Shown: positions 52,135-63,804, counted from the first letter of the whole stretch. The stretch is 63,804 nt of DNA, filler included, from Octopus bimaculoides (GCF_001194135.2; 5 parts of 5 records of this genome joined end to end with filler, not necessarily neighbours in it); one strand, 5' to 3'. Program-made: numbers and translations. Notes: generated by a model from the sequence alone, not told the origin.

Positions 52135-52170
52135 GCACACGCACACACGCACGCACACATACATACACTC
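51280..52170. repeat. Degenerate (CA)-rich satellite with an internal ~50-bp duplication
   Basis: CACCCTTACACACAAGAATACGTCCGCA occurs near 51763 and 51893. Confidence 0.8.
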
Positions 52171-52422
52171 AGGGACACGCCAACACATAGCTGATTCGTT
52201 TTTGGAATCTATCAATGATGTTGCCTGCTGGTTGGATATTAACTAACGCAGTCACGTATCACCTCGCACTTCTGATGCAATGCCACTACGACGCTGAAAA
52301 TGACGTCGACGACAATGATATTNNNNNNNNNNNNNNNNNNNNNNNNNNNNNNNNNNNNNNNNNNNNTTAATTAATTAANNNNNNNNNNNNNNNNNNNNNN
52401 NNNNNNNNNNNNNNNNNNNNNN

Positions 52423-52471
<49 letters not shown>

Positions 52472-52518
52472 TCAGAAAGAAAGGTGACAAATGAATATAT
52501 TACCTTATGAACTTCTTT

Positions 52519-52563
52519 GGCTTACAGTTGTTTCTGCTAAAAGATGCAGCAGACTCATAGCTG
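52519..52563 (-). ncRNA. Degenerate hammerhead-like motif
   Basis: Minus strand CTATGA-GTCTGCT gcatctttt AGCA-GAAA-C aact GTA-AGCC; G5 is missing; the stem III/cleavage end resembles GAAACAGCTGTAAG at 62479. Confidence 0.4.
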
Positions 52564-52787
52564 AGTGTCTGAATAACACCTCATAGCTTCAGAAATATGA
52601 AGTACAATTTCTTTGAGAACGAATTACATTTATGCCTAAATAAAGAACGGCATCAACAACGGTAATGCCAATACAAATGTATATAACAAAAGTGTATGTC
52701 TAAAAGGTAATTAGTTGTATTAGTGGAAATATATGTATATATACGTAGGTACGCACTTTGAGGCACACGCAGACTGAAAAAATGGTG

Positions 52788-52837
52788 GACAACCTTAATC
52801 GATTTTTGAACCTTTTGGGGTTCTCGTCAGAGGCGTC
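52788..52837 (-). ncRNA. Type I hammerhead ribozyme with one core mutation (G12A)
   Basis: GACGCCT-CTGACGA-GAACC ccaaaa GGTTC-AAAA-ATCGAT-TA-AGGTTGTC: bulged ~7-bp stem I, perfect 5-bp stem II, palindromic ATCGAT stem III. Confidence 0.7.
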
Positions 52838-53239
52838 TACAATATTCTGACAGTCTCCAGAGAAACAAGCATCCAAACTGTTTATATACACCACAAATGC
52901 AGCAGTTACTCTGTGAAGGAGTCCTTTATTTGCATACCGAAAGTATTTAACACTTTATAAATACCAACAACATATATATATATAATCAAAATAAGCAACA
53001 AGGATATCCAAAAGTAATGCAGTACGATCGTTAATAAATAAATTGTCAAGAAGACTCTGCCTGTCAATGATTTTATTTGTTTTTTATGGGGTCAGTTTTA
53101 ATTTATAGACTAGTTTATCGAACCTTGTATATCTAAGGCTGAGAAAATAAAGGGCATTATCTATTAGGGGTAGGGGTAGGGTTTATATGCACATATAAAG
53201 CTGGAATATATATGTTACCATAACAAACACTGATTTAGA

Positions 53240-53870
53240 TAGAATTGTGGACGAAGTCATTATCTTTCCATGATAATTCCTATTGGGTAAAAACAGAATG
53301 GGGATGAGTTAATTGATGTGGAAATGAGAAGCTGTGACGGTGCAGCGATAGCTGATCTTGTAGGCTTCTATATCCTAGATATCCTTAGAAAAGAAATAAA
53401 AGAAACCAACATGGGATTATATAGGGTGAAGGCCTGGGAATGGTATACAATAAAAAAAAAACAGACTTGATATAAATAGGATAAGAAAAAAATTATGCAA
53501 TAGATTTAACCAATTAGGTCTAAGAAGCACAATTATTACTAACCTTAAAAAAGTTAATATTCTAGATATTATCTTATCGCCGGAAAATTTAAACCCTAAC
53601 ATAAACCAAATGAGGAATCCTCACGCATAGACATAGGCTCCAACCAACCACCACCAATCAGTAAATAATTAGTTAATAACATTAGCAGGTACGTCTCCAA
53701 TCTATCCGCCGATAAAGACACTTTTGAAAAGGCCGCCCCAAATTATAATGCTGCGTTAGAAAGGTCCAGATTCAAGAATAGCATAAATTATATTGAAACA
53801 AATGTAGATAGTGGTTCAAAAAAAGGAAAAAGACAAAAAACAACAACAAAAAACAACAACGTGAGGACGT
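53240..53870 (+). mobile_element. Penelope-like RT fragment of the YRDD (Naiad/Chlamys-like) type
   Basis: Broken translation DVEM.SCDGAAIADLVGFYIL...GLYR..GLG; ITNLKKVNILDI; SNQPPPI; SADKDTFEKAAPNYNAALERS.F. Confidence 0.75.
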
Positions 53871-54879
53871 GATACAGATTGTGTTACTAGACGCTCGGGA
53901 AAGGAAAGAGAGAGTATATATATATATATATATATATNNNNNNNNNNNNNNNNNNNNNNNNNNNNNNNNNNNNNNNNNNNNNNNNNNNNNNNNNNNNNNN
54001 NNNNNNNNNNNNNNNNNNNNNNNNNNNNNNNNNNNNNNNNNNNNNNNNNNNNNNNNNNNNNNNNNNNNNNNNNNNNNNNNNNNNNNNNNNNNNNNNNNNN
54101 NNNNNNNNNNNNNNNNNNNNNNNNNNNNNNNNNNNNNNNNNNNNNNNNNNNNNNNNNNNNNNNNNNNNNNNNNNNNNNNNNNNNNNNNNNNNNNNNNNNN
54201 NNNNNNNNNNNNNNNNNNNNNNNNNNNNNNNNNNNNNNNNNNNNNNNNNNNNNNNNNNNNNNNNNNNNNNNNNNNNNNNNNNNNNNNNNNNNNNNNNNNN
54301 NNNNNNNNNNNNNNNNNNNNNNNNNNNNNNNNNNNNNNNNNNNNNNNNNNNNNNNNNNNNNNNNNNNNNNNNNNNNNNNNNNNNNNNNNNNNNNNNNNNN
54401 NNNNNNNNNNNNNNNNNNNNNNNNNNNNNNNNNNNNNNNNNNNNNNNNNNNNNNNNNNNNNNNNNNNNNNNNNNNNNNNNNNNNNNNNNNNNNNNNNNNN
54501 NNNNNNNNNNNNNNNNNNNNNNNNNNNNNNNNNNNNNNNNNNNNNNNNNNNNNNNNNNNNNNNNNNNNNNNNNNNNNNATATATATATATATATATATAT
54601 AAAGAGAGAGAGACAGAGACAGAGAGAGAGAGACAGAGAGAGATGCTGCAGGCGTGTATTTGTGATAGGAACTATGCTGCTTTCGGGTCGATTAAAATAA
54701 GTTTGGGGATTGAGGTAATCGACTAGCCCCTTCTCCACAAAAGACGTCAGTTTTAGTGCCTCTAGTAGAAAGAATTATTATTGTTGCTGTTGTTATCGTT
54801 GTCGCAGCCGTTGCTGGTAGTATTTTTTATATCGGCCAGACGTTCTTTTCACGTCATTTATAAGTTTTGCTATTTGTTA

Positions 54880-54935
54880 ACTGTTTCAATATGTCTACGT
54901 TTAAAATTTGTTTCAATATGTCTACGTTTAAAATT
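54880..54935. repeat. 27-bp tandem duplication
   Basis: GTTTCAATATGTCTACGTTTAAAATTT x2. Confidence 0.85.
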
Positions 54936-55557
54936 TTTTTCCTGTTTTTTTCCAAGTTGATCAAGATCTAGAGGAACTGATCAGTTCTGTTTTGCCTTTT
55001 GTTTCGGTCGTACGGGATCTTTTATAATTTTTTTCTGGAACTTAGCCATTAAAAAAGAAAGAAAGAAAATAAACAGTTTGATACTGGTGCTTGGTAAACA
55101 GAGTTTGGAACTTGTCTTGACGACTTTCTTTCCATCTCACAGTATAAGCCAAAGCAACAACAACACATAAGTAGAGAACAGGACCAATTACGTAACAAAC
55201 AAAACTACTTCCACCACCACCACCACAACAACAACAACAAGAAAAGTCATAAACTGCACCTCAATTGCATGCAGAGAATCTCTCACAGAACAGAGAAATA
55301 TCTCTATCACCTTCACAATCATTGCCGCTTCCACCATTTCAGCAGCCGACAATGGACGACAGAAATAACAACATAACCGCTCCTGCTACTTCAACAAAGC
55401 ACCCGTTGGTGTACGGCAGAAGGTCCAGTCGCCACACGTGTTGAAGTAAATAATAAGAATGGGTCCGAATTTAAACCCAGAAAACAAAGAACCGGGGTAA
55501 ATGCCGCGAGGCATTTTTTCCAATGCTCGAACCATTCTTCTAGCAACAGCAACAATA

Positions 55558-55954
55558 ATAATATTTTTGATAATAATCCTTTCTACTATAGGCACAAGGC
55601 CAGAAATTTTGGCGGGGCAGTCGATAAGATCGATGCCAGGACATAACTGGTACTTAATTTATCGATCCCGAAAGGATGAAAGGCAAAGTCGACCTCGGCG
55701 GAATTTGAACTCAGAACGTAGCGACAGGCGAAATACTGCTAAGCTTTTCACCCGTCATGCTTACGATTCTGCCAGCTCGCCGCCTTAATGTTTCTGATAA
55801 TAATATACATGGCTCGTAATTTTGAAGAGAGAGGGGTAAGTCGATTAAATCGACTTCATTACTAGATTGATAATCTATATTATCGACCCTGACAGGATGA
55901 ACGACAAAATCAACCCCGGCGGAATCTGAACCCAGAACACAAAGAGCCGAAGAA
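55558..55954 (-). mobile_element. Two tandem SINE-A copies
   Basis: Complete copy at 55558-55788; partial copy from 55810 to the gap. Confidence 0.85.
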
Positions 55955-56054
55955 NNNNNNNNNNNNNNNNNNNNNNNNNNNNNNNNNNNNNNNNNNNNTT
56001 AATTAATTAANNNNNNNNNNNNNNNNNNNNNNNNNNNNNNNNNNNNNNNNNNNN

Positions 56055-56085
<31 letters not shown>

Positions 56086-56269
56086 CATACATACAAGCAT
56101 GCATGCATGTATGCATGCAGACAGACAGACAAAAATACATACATGCATGCGTTCTTAAAATCATAAATTTATGCTTACATATATACATATCTGCCTCTAT
56201 ACATTATATACACACAATATATCTATCTATCTATCTAGCTAGCTAACTATCAGTCTGTCGGTTTGTCTG

Positions 56270-56324
<55 letters not shown>

Positions 56325-56349
56325 CTCTGTCTCTGTCTCTGCCTGTCTC

Positions 56350-56586
56350 TCTCTTATTTCTTTACTGCCCACAAGGAGCTACACACAGAGGGGACAAACA
56401 AGGACAGACAAACGGATTAAGCCGATTATATCGACCCCAGTGCGTAACTGGTATTTGTTTAATCGACCCCGAAAGGATGAAAAGCAAAGTCGACCTCGGC
56501 GGAATTTGAACTCAGAACGTAACGGCAGAAGAAAATACCGCTAAGCATTTCGCCCGGCGTGCTAACGTTTCGGCCAGCTCGCCGCC
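56350..56586 (-). mobile_element. SINE family A (tail type 1) between (CTAT)n and (CTAC)n tracts
   Basis: Full head-to-tail match. Confidence 0.9.
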
Positions 56587-56923
56587 TGTCTCTACCTACC
56601 TACCTACCTACCTACCTACCTACCTACCTACCTACCAACAAACCTACCTGCCTACCAGTAAATACTCCAGTAAATCTCGTTGTTATGATAACCATACGGA
56701 TAAAGTGCAAGGCATTGTTCCATGCATGTATCCGGCTGCATAAAATTTTCTAGAAGCTACAGCGTCTAAACTCTCATCTCTCTGCAGCACATGATCATCA
56801 TCACCATCATCATCATCATCGTCGTCGTTGTCGTCGTCATCATCATCATCACCACCACCATCATCTTGCTCATTCATATATATATATAAATATGTGGGTA
56901 TACATGCATATATATGTACATAC

Positions 56924-56962
<39 letters not shown>

Positions 56963-57204
56963 TACATAGAGACACACGTACACACATATACACACATACA
57001 CACTGGCACACACACGAAGACACACAGACATACACACACCGACACACACACAGACACACACAGACACACACACACACACACACAAACACACACAAGCACA
57101 AATACACACATGCTGACATACCCACACGCACATAAACAGTTGACTATGCTCATTCATATATATATATGTAAATATGTGTGTATACATACATATATATGAA
57201 CAAA

Positions 57205-57620
57205 CATATATACACGCGCACACACGTCTACACATATACACACACTCACACACACGAATATATATATATATACACACATATATATACACGCGCACACACG
57301 TCCACACATATACACACACTCACACACACGAATATATATATATACACACATATATATACATAATATATACACGCACATACACGTCCACACATATACACAC
57401 ACACTCATACACACGAATATATATATACATATATACACGCTCACACACGTCCACACATATTCACACACTCATACACAAGAATATATATATATACACATAT
57501 ATGCACGCACACACACGTCCACACATATACACACACACTCACACACACGAATATATATATATACACACATATATATACACGCACACACGTCCACACATAT
57601 ACACACACTCATACACAAGA

Positions 57621-57640
<20 letters not shown>
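57205..57640. repeat. Compound minisatellite, ~65-bp unit, about seven copies
   Basis: Unit approximately ACACACGTCCACACATATACACACACTCACACACACGAATATATATATATACACACATATATATACACGC. Confidence 0.8.
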
Positions 57641-57657
<17 letters not shown>

Positions 57658-58088
57658 TATAGTGTATGTATAATATTTCTTCGTGCGATAAGATTTCGTT
57701 CCTGTGGCCCTTCCTCGCTGTATATATCAATTAAGCTACAGGTGGTAACATATACCCTGCGAGATAGCTATTTCACTGTTTCAATGGCAAAAATGGACTG
57801 AGAATGTAAAAATCTCAAGAAATCTGAACCACCAATTGAATGGCGACATAACAACTCCCACATGTCAACGTATATATTTATTTACCTTTTGTGTGTGCGT
57901 TTGCGTGTGTGTGCGTGTGTGTGTGTGCGTGCGTGCGTGCGTGTGTGTGCGTGTCTGCGTCTGTGTGTGTGTGTGTGTGTCTGCGTCTGTGTGTGTATTT
58001 ATGTACGTGTGAGGTTCATTTATCTTATTTGAATATATATATATATATATATGTATGTATCTATCTATCTGCCTTTATATATATATAT

Positions 58089-58157
<69 letters not shown>

Positions 58158-58257
58158 CATATGTAGTGCTTATGTACATCTATCTATGTACGTATGTGTA
58201 CATTATATTGATATATATATATATATGTACATTATATACATACACATTTATGTGTAT

Positions 58258-58340
58258 AATTCAACCTCGGCGGAATTTGAACTCTGAACGCAACGACAGA
58301 CGAAATACCGCTAAGCATTTCGCCCGGTGTGCTAACGTTT
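58258..58340 (-). mobile_element. SINE family A head
   Basis: A/B-box region only. Confidence 0.8.
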
Positions 58341-58344
58341 CTGC

Positions 58345-58815
58345 CAACTCGCCACCTTCAAAAGATCTGTGAAATACTGAATGTGCAATAGAAGAGTGTT
58401 CTTCACCACTCCATTGGGACACTTGCAAGTAGCTATTCCTGATGAGTTCTTTGGCTCCACAGTTCTACAGAAGGAAATGGCAATTATTGATAGCATCAAA
58501 ATAGAGAAAAATGATGTGATATCCGCCATTAATGAAATGAGCTCAAACTCAGCCGCAGTACCTAATGGATTCCCAGAAACCCTCCTAAAGAAATGTAAAT
58601 GGGCTCTAGCAAAGCCACTTCAGATTCTCTTCCAGAGCTTCCTCACAACTGGGAGACTTCCCAAGAAGTTAAAGGAAGGCATAATATGCCCTATCCATAA
58701 GGGAGGTAGTAGAGCAGATGCTAAGAATTACAGACCTGTCTCTCTAACTTCCCATGTCAGCAAAGTCATGGATCGCATTGTCAGGAAGAAACTAATTGCG
58801 TGCCTTGGGACGAGG
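58345..58815 (+). mobile_element. LINE (CR1/L2/Jockey-type) RT N-terminal fragment
   Basis: ORF 58381..58821: SAAVPNGFP..LKKCK.ALAKPL..LF...G.LP..LKEGIICPIHKGGSRADAKNYRPVSLTSHVSKVMDRIVR. Confidence 0.88.
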
Positions 58816-59087
58816 CTGTAGATTTTGAATTACAAGTATAATCTATTCGATAGGATTCGATTCGGTTTCTGAATATTCAGTCTCATTCAAACAGTATGAG
58901 CAGAACCCAGGCTATAGAAAATGATGTTTTCCCAAAATGCCAAACATTGAGATCGAAATTGTGACGTCGTGGTTGTGAAGCAAGTTACTTAACAGTTCGG
59001 CCCTTCTGCACCTAAGAGAAGGTGTATCAGCAATATGATGGCAAGTGTGGAGAATGAGTAGCAGAGAGAGAGCGAGAGAGAGAGAGA

Positions 59088-59125
<38 letters not shown>

Positions 59126-59540
59126 CTGATGAAGGCAGAAAGATGCATAAAAGCAAGAGACGTCATTATAGCCCTAGCCGACTCTGAATAAGTAGAACTA
59201 ATCAGACAGTCAAGTTGCAGTCATTTCGACTATTCTAGGACTCAGATATCCAGCGAACACAGTATCCTTTCATTTTAAACCGGTGGGGCCTGATTTGAGA
59301 AATATTTAACTGCTATTTCTAGCTGACAGTTTGAGCAGAATTGCGATCGAGCAAGATTTGTTTGTTTGTTTGTTTGTTTGTTTCTTTCACTGTTTTAGCG
59401 GTGAAATCTTAAGATCTCGAAGATTCTTTCGATTGCTGCAGATAATAAATACATACATAGCAAAATAAAAAAAAAGAGATAAAAGAAAAGAAGGAAAGAA
59501 AGAAAGAAAAGGGGAAAACGAAAATGAAATGAAATAAAGT

Positions 59541-59577
<37 letters not shown>

Positions 59578-60150
59578 ACATGCATGTGGAGGCTGTAATG
59601 TGTTGGTGGGGGCGGTGAAAGGATTTGTTGGTGGTGACGCCGATGGTATAGGTGGTTATACAGTGGTATTTGTGGAGTTTGTGATGATGGGAAAATGGTG
59701 GTTGTTGTGTTGCTGATCTTGCTATTTAGCCCTGGGTCAGTCATCCTCATTGAAGAGACCTATGATCAGATGCTTTCCTCCTACATTTATTTCACATGTT
59801 TGTATACCTAGAACTACGTTATTCAATATGCTCTCTATGAAGTCACTAGAATGTCATCCAAGAAAATTTACCTGCTATTCATACCACCAACAAGTGGCGA
59901 ACAGCTTTTCTTAACCCTTTTTCTCCCTCTCTCTACTAGTTTATCAATCCGGCTTCCCCATTGCCACATCTGGTCAGAAAAATAAAACGCTCTTGTATAT
60001 AACACAATTTATTGCATGACATTAATAACCTTATATTAAAGTAGTTTTGTAAATAACACTATTGCATGCCATTAACAGCTTTATATTAAAGTAGTTTTGT
60101 ACTCAATGTAATATATTACATAACAGTAACAAACATATATTAGTCTTGTT

Positions 60151-60301
60151 GGAGCGGCTGTGTGGTAAGTAGCTTGCTTATCAACCACATGGTTCCGGGT
60201 TCAGTCCCACTGCGTGGCATCTCGGGCAGGTGTCTTTTACTATAGCCTCGGGCCGATCAAAGTGAGTGGATTTGATAGACGGAAATTGAAAGAAGCCTGT
60301 C

Positions 60302-60333
<32 letters not shown>

Positions 60334-60540
60334 TGGTGCGTCTGCGTTTGTTCCCCCACCATCGCTAGACAATCGATGTTGGTGTGTTTACGTGTCCCCG
60401 TAACTTAGCGGTTCAGCAAAAGAGACCGATAGAATATGTACTAGGCTTACAAAGAATAAGTCCTGGGGTCGATTTGTTCGACTAAAGGCGGTGCCCCAGC
60501 ATGGCCGCAGTCAAATGACTGAAAAAAATAAAAGAAAAGA
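60151..60540 (+). mobile_element. Full-length SINE family B
   Basis: Head, CORE-like block, internal microsatellite and tail. Confidence 0.9.
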
Positions 60541-61669
60541 CAATTTATTGCATAGCATTAGCACCCTTACATTAAATAGTTTTATATATAAAACTATTAT
60601 ATAACATTAACAACTTTATAGTAATCATGTATAAAACACAATTACATAACATTAACAGATTTATACCACACACATAGTGAAAGGGTTTTCATCTGTAACT
60701 CACTGTGCATCCTATGAAGCATTCCACTCATGACCAGCCAGTGGATTTTATTTATTGTGCTAGGACTAGCTTATCTAATGGTAAATAAGGTAATCATAAG
60801 ACGGTGGAGTGTGACTGCCGTCATCATCAATATCCTCCACCACCTCCTCCTTTTTCTCCTCCCCCTCCTCCTCCTCCTCCTCTTCCACATAATCATCATC
60901 ATCATCAACATTATTATCACCATCATTATCACTATTATCATCATCTTCGCCACGTCATGATCATCATCATCGTCATTATCGTCATCACCACAATCATCAC
61001 TATATTTACTTTCTTGTTCCACTTCTTCCTCCAAAGCTTGTATATANNNNNNNNNNNNNNNNNNNNNNNNNNNNNNNNNNNNNNNNNNNNTTAATTAATT
61101 AANNNNNNNNNNNNNNNNNNNNNNNNNNNNNNNNNNNNNNNNNNNNTGTGTGTGTGTGTGTGTGTATACTTGGAGGTGCAACTGCTCATAGTAACTGACC
61201 AGTTGCTGGACGGAAATGAATCAAAGAATTGTAAGAATAGAAAATAATAGGAACGTTAGAATCAATTGTATATGTATATATGCGAGTATGTTTGAGTATA
61301 TATATATGTGTATGTGTCTGGCCTGTTAGCTTATATATAAATTTATATAAAAGGAGGAGAATTTTTGAGTCATAAGTAAGAAAAGAATTATATATGGATA
61401 TATATGATTAGCAGGTTTGTTTTGAGACAAACTTTTGTACAAATAAGTTAAGAGACGAGTCAACGATAAATAACAAAATGGACAGATATATAGGTAACTA
61501 GTTAGCCAGATAAATATTTAGATAGATAGGTAGATAAATAGATCGATAAAGAGATAGATAGACCGATATATACATAAATAGATTGCGTAACAGAGACAAA
61601 TATGTAGATGGATGGACAAGCGCATACATAGATACATACATGTGCGCATACATAGTGAGAAATTTACTG

Positions 61670-62020
61670 ATATTCCACCCGGATTACAAATCAAACTACT
61701 TCAGTACCGATCTTGAGAGATTAGGGTTCTCAAAATTAGAAACAGGATAACTAGTTAAAAGGCAGATACAAACCACCATTGGAAATGTCAAAATGTGCAA
61801 AGGTTCACGAAAGTTTAGTATATAAGTACATATGTCACTACAAAATGTATGAGTATACATGTAAGAAAAACAGACAGATCTGTACATGCACTGACTCCAT
61901 ATATATATATATATAGACACATACACAACTTGTCTGCTGATGTTGAGATTCTGATGAAGGAGCCTTGTATCTAGGCTAGAAACCGGCTCTTTCTCCAATA
62001 GCAAGAACTCTACAGATAAA
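61670..62020 (+). mobile_element. R4/Dong-like extreme 3' end and UTR
   Basis: DLERLGFSK..IQTTIGNVKMCKRF C-terminus; UTR block GAAGGAGCCTTG.ATCTAGG.TAGAAACCGGCTC shared with 26955-26990. Confidence 0.7.
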
Positions 62021-62087
62021 AATAAATAATAGTGACAGTCCAGCTTCTTTTTATTCCATTAGGATCTTTATACAATACATTTCCATA

Positions 62088-62262
62088 GGCGCAGAAGTGG
62101 CTGTGCGGTAAGTAGCTTGCTTCCCAACCGCATGGTTTCGGGTTCAGTCCCACTGCGTGGCACCTTGAGCAAGTGTGTTCTACTATAGCCTCGGGCCGAC
62201 CAAAGCCTTGGGCCGACCAAAGCCTTGTGAGTGGATTTGGTAGAGAGAAACTGAAAGAAGCC
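62088..62262 (+). mobile_element. SINE family B 5' half with an internal short tandem duplication
   Basis: GGGCCGACCAAAGCCTT occurs twice in tandem. Confidence 0.9.
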
Positions 62263-62272
62263 NNNNNNNNNN

Positions 62273-62341
<69 letters not shown>

Positions 62342-62342
62342 A

Positions 62343-62577
62343 TATATGTAATTGTTAAAGAGGACAATAAACATTAAAGCAAAGCAAACATCTCAAGTTG
62401 TATACAATATTATTATTGGAACTCTTTTTTCCGTATTTGTCTCTGATGACGGAAAATCCCATACTCGGGATACTCCCAGAAACAGCTGTAAGACTTTGAA
62501 TTTTTTCCAATAATAATATTGTACACGACTTGTTTGCTTTGCCTTAATGTTTGCTGTCCTGTTTAACAATTATATAT
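62343..62577. mobile_element. Fold-back element: ~75-bp inverted arms enclosing a hammerhead ribozyme, TA-flanked
   Basis: Arms 62343-62421 and 62505-62577 (TAATTGTTAAA.AGGACA..AAACATTAA.GCAAAGCAAACA...TACAATATTATTATTGGAA, roughly 80% identical by eye); 83-nt loop. Confidence 0.75.
62439..62494 (+). ncRNA. Type I hammerhead ribozyme, intact core
   Basis: GTCT-CTGATGA-[c GG aaa ATCCC atactc GGGAT act CC ca]-GAAA-C AGCT G-TA-AGAC: 4-bp stem I, palindromic AGCT stem III, GUA triplet (62488-62490). Confidence 0.8.
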
Positions 62578-62713
62578 CAACATCATCGGAAATCTGCAAT
62601 GGCTCCATAACTACCGTCTCGGCTATAACCTTGGAGCCCTAGTAATCCGTTACAGCATTTACCTAGCGTACCTAATCGTTTAGAGATCACCTGTGAACTA
62701 AACTCCCATACTT

Positions 62714-62778
<65 letters not shown>

Positions 62779-62877
62779 ATTTCGGGATCGTTATTGTTTT
62801 CTTTGTCAAATAAACACACGCACCATATATATTTGTTCTTCACTCGTTTATCATTGTTCTTATTTTAACCCATGTCC

Positions 62878-62923
62878 ATTGTTCGGAAATCTTTCGTCAC
62901 ACATCTGTGACCTCTTCAGCAAT
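62878..62923 (-). ncRNA. Type I hammerhead ribozyme, intact core, weak stem I
   Basis: ATTG-CTGAAGA-g-GTCACA gatg TGTGAC-GAAA-gatt-TC-CGAACAAT: perfect 6-bp stem II. Confidence 0.6.
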
Positions 62924-63059
62924 ACTTTTCATTTTCGTGTGTGCTCTTGCTCCACGTACTCCATTCTGCTCTTCTATGATGTGTGTCCTTATGTGCGCAT
63001 GCGTTTGCGTCAGTGTGCGTGTGCGTGTGTGCATATGTGTGTATGTGTGCGTACATGCT

Positions 63060-63109
<50 letters not shown>

Positions 63110-63660
63110 TGTGTGTGAGTGCTATTGTTCTCAGCAGCAGTATGGCCTTCTCCTCAGCTCCATCCTCTTACCCCATAGTTATGCCGCTGTCCTAGGACCC
63201 GATAATTTGGTACAGTTCCTGTATCTCCCTGTGTTTGTGTGTTCGCCCACTGTGTTGCCATCATGGCAGTTGTTGTTATTGCCATTGTTGCCACTGATGC
63301 TGTGGCCGTCCCGTCCTTGTTAGTAGAGTTGATATTGTTGCGGCCGTCCGTGACGTGAAGTTCTTGTGTGTGTGTGTGTATGTGTTCGCTTCGTATGTTG
63401 TTTGTATCCATGCCCTTTATATAAATTAATTCTATCTATCTCTATTTCTTATGTTTATCACAGGTAAGTGACAAATATATTTATTTATTTTTTATATTTA
63501 TCCATCTCTATTTCTTATATGTATCACAAGTATGTGCATATATGCCTATCGTGTGTGTATTGTCCTGTTCGTATCTATGTTTTATTACAATTATTTTCCC
63601 CTCTCTCTTCTCCTCCCTTCTGTCTTTAGTCATGTGATGTGGTGGTGGGTGTTATATATA

Positions 63661-63691
<31 letters not shown>

Positions 63692-63804
63692 CAACAATTG
63701 CAGCACACGATCTCAGATCAGGTCACTTGCTATGCAAGTACATCTCCGTAAATACACACACACACACACACACGCATATATATATATATATATAATATAT
63801 ATAT

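Noticed and set aside
55254-55442. S/P/T-rich 62-codon open frame; also the ORFs at 63154-63411 and 10824-11310
   Set aside because: No recognisable domain or convincing splice pair, and lengths are expected by chance.

Overview
Repeat-dominated eukaryotic scaffold with many N gaps. The SINE repertoire looks like an octopus (coleoid cephalopod) genome; this is my inference, not a database result. I recognise no intact host protein-coding gene, and nearly all long ORFs in the track are microsatellite or N-gap artefacts. The window is a mosaic of tRNA-derived SINEs (families I label A-D), microsatellites and decayed transposons: three mariner copies, a Gypsy RNaseH/integrase fragment, two related solo LTRs, RTE and CR1/Jockey-type LINE pieces, five R4/Dong-like fragments, Penelope-like elements of two clades, hAT- and piggyBac-type MITEs, and a degenerate 5S rRNA copy. 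The most interesting signal is a set of about seven type I hammerhead ribozyme (HHR) motifs on both strands. Three have an intact catalytic core (3016-3060 minus, 62439-62494 plus, 62878-62923 minus). Three motifs lie inside non-coding fold-back structures; the clearest is a 235-bp TA-flanked element whose ~75-bp inverted arms enclose only the ribozyme. This suggests a possible family of non-autonomous, ribozyme-bearing hairpin elements parasitising Penelope-like retroelements. All coordinates, folds and identities were read by eye; ribozyme activity is untested.
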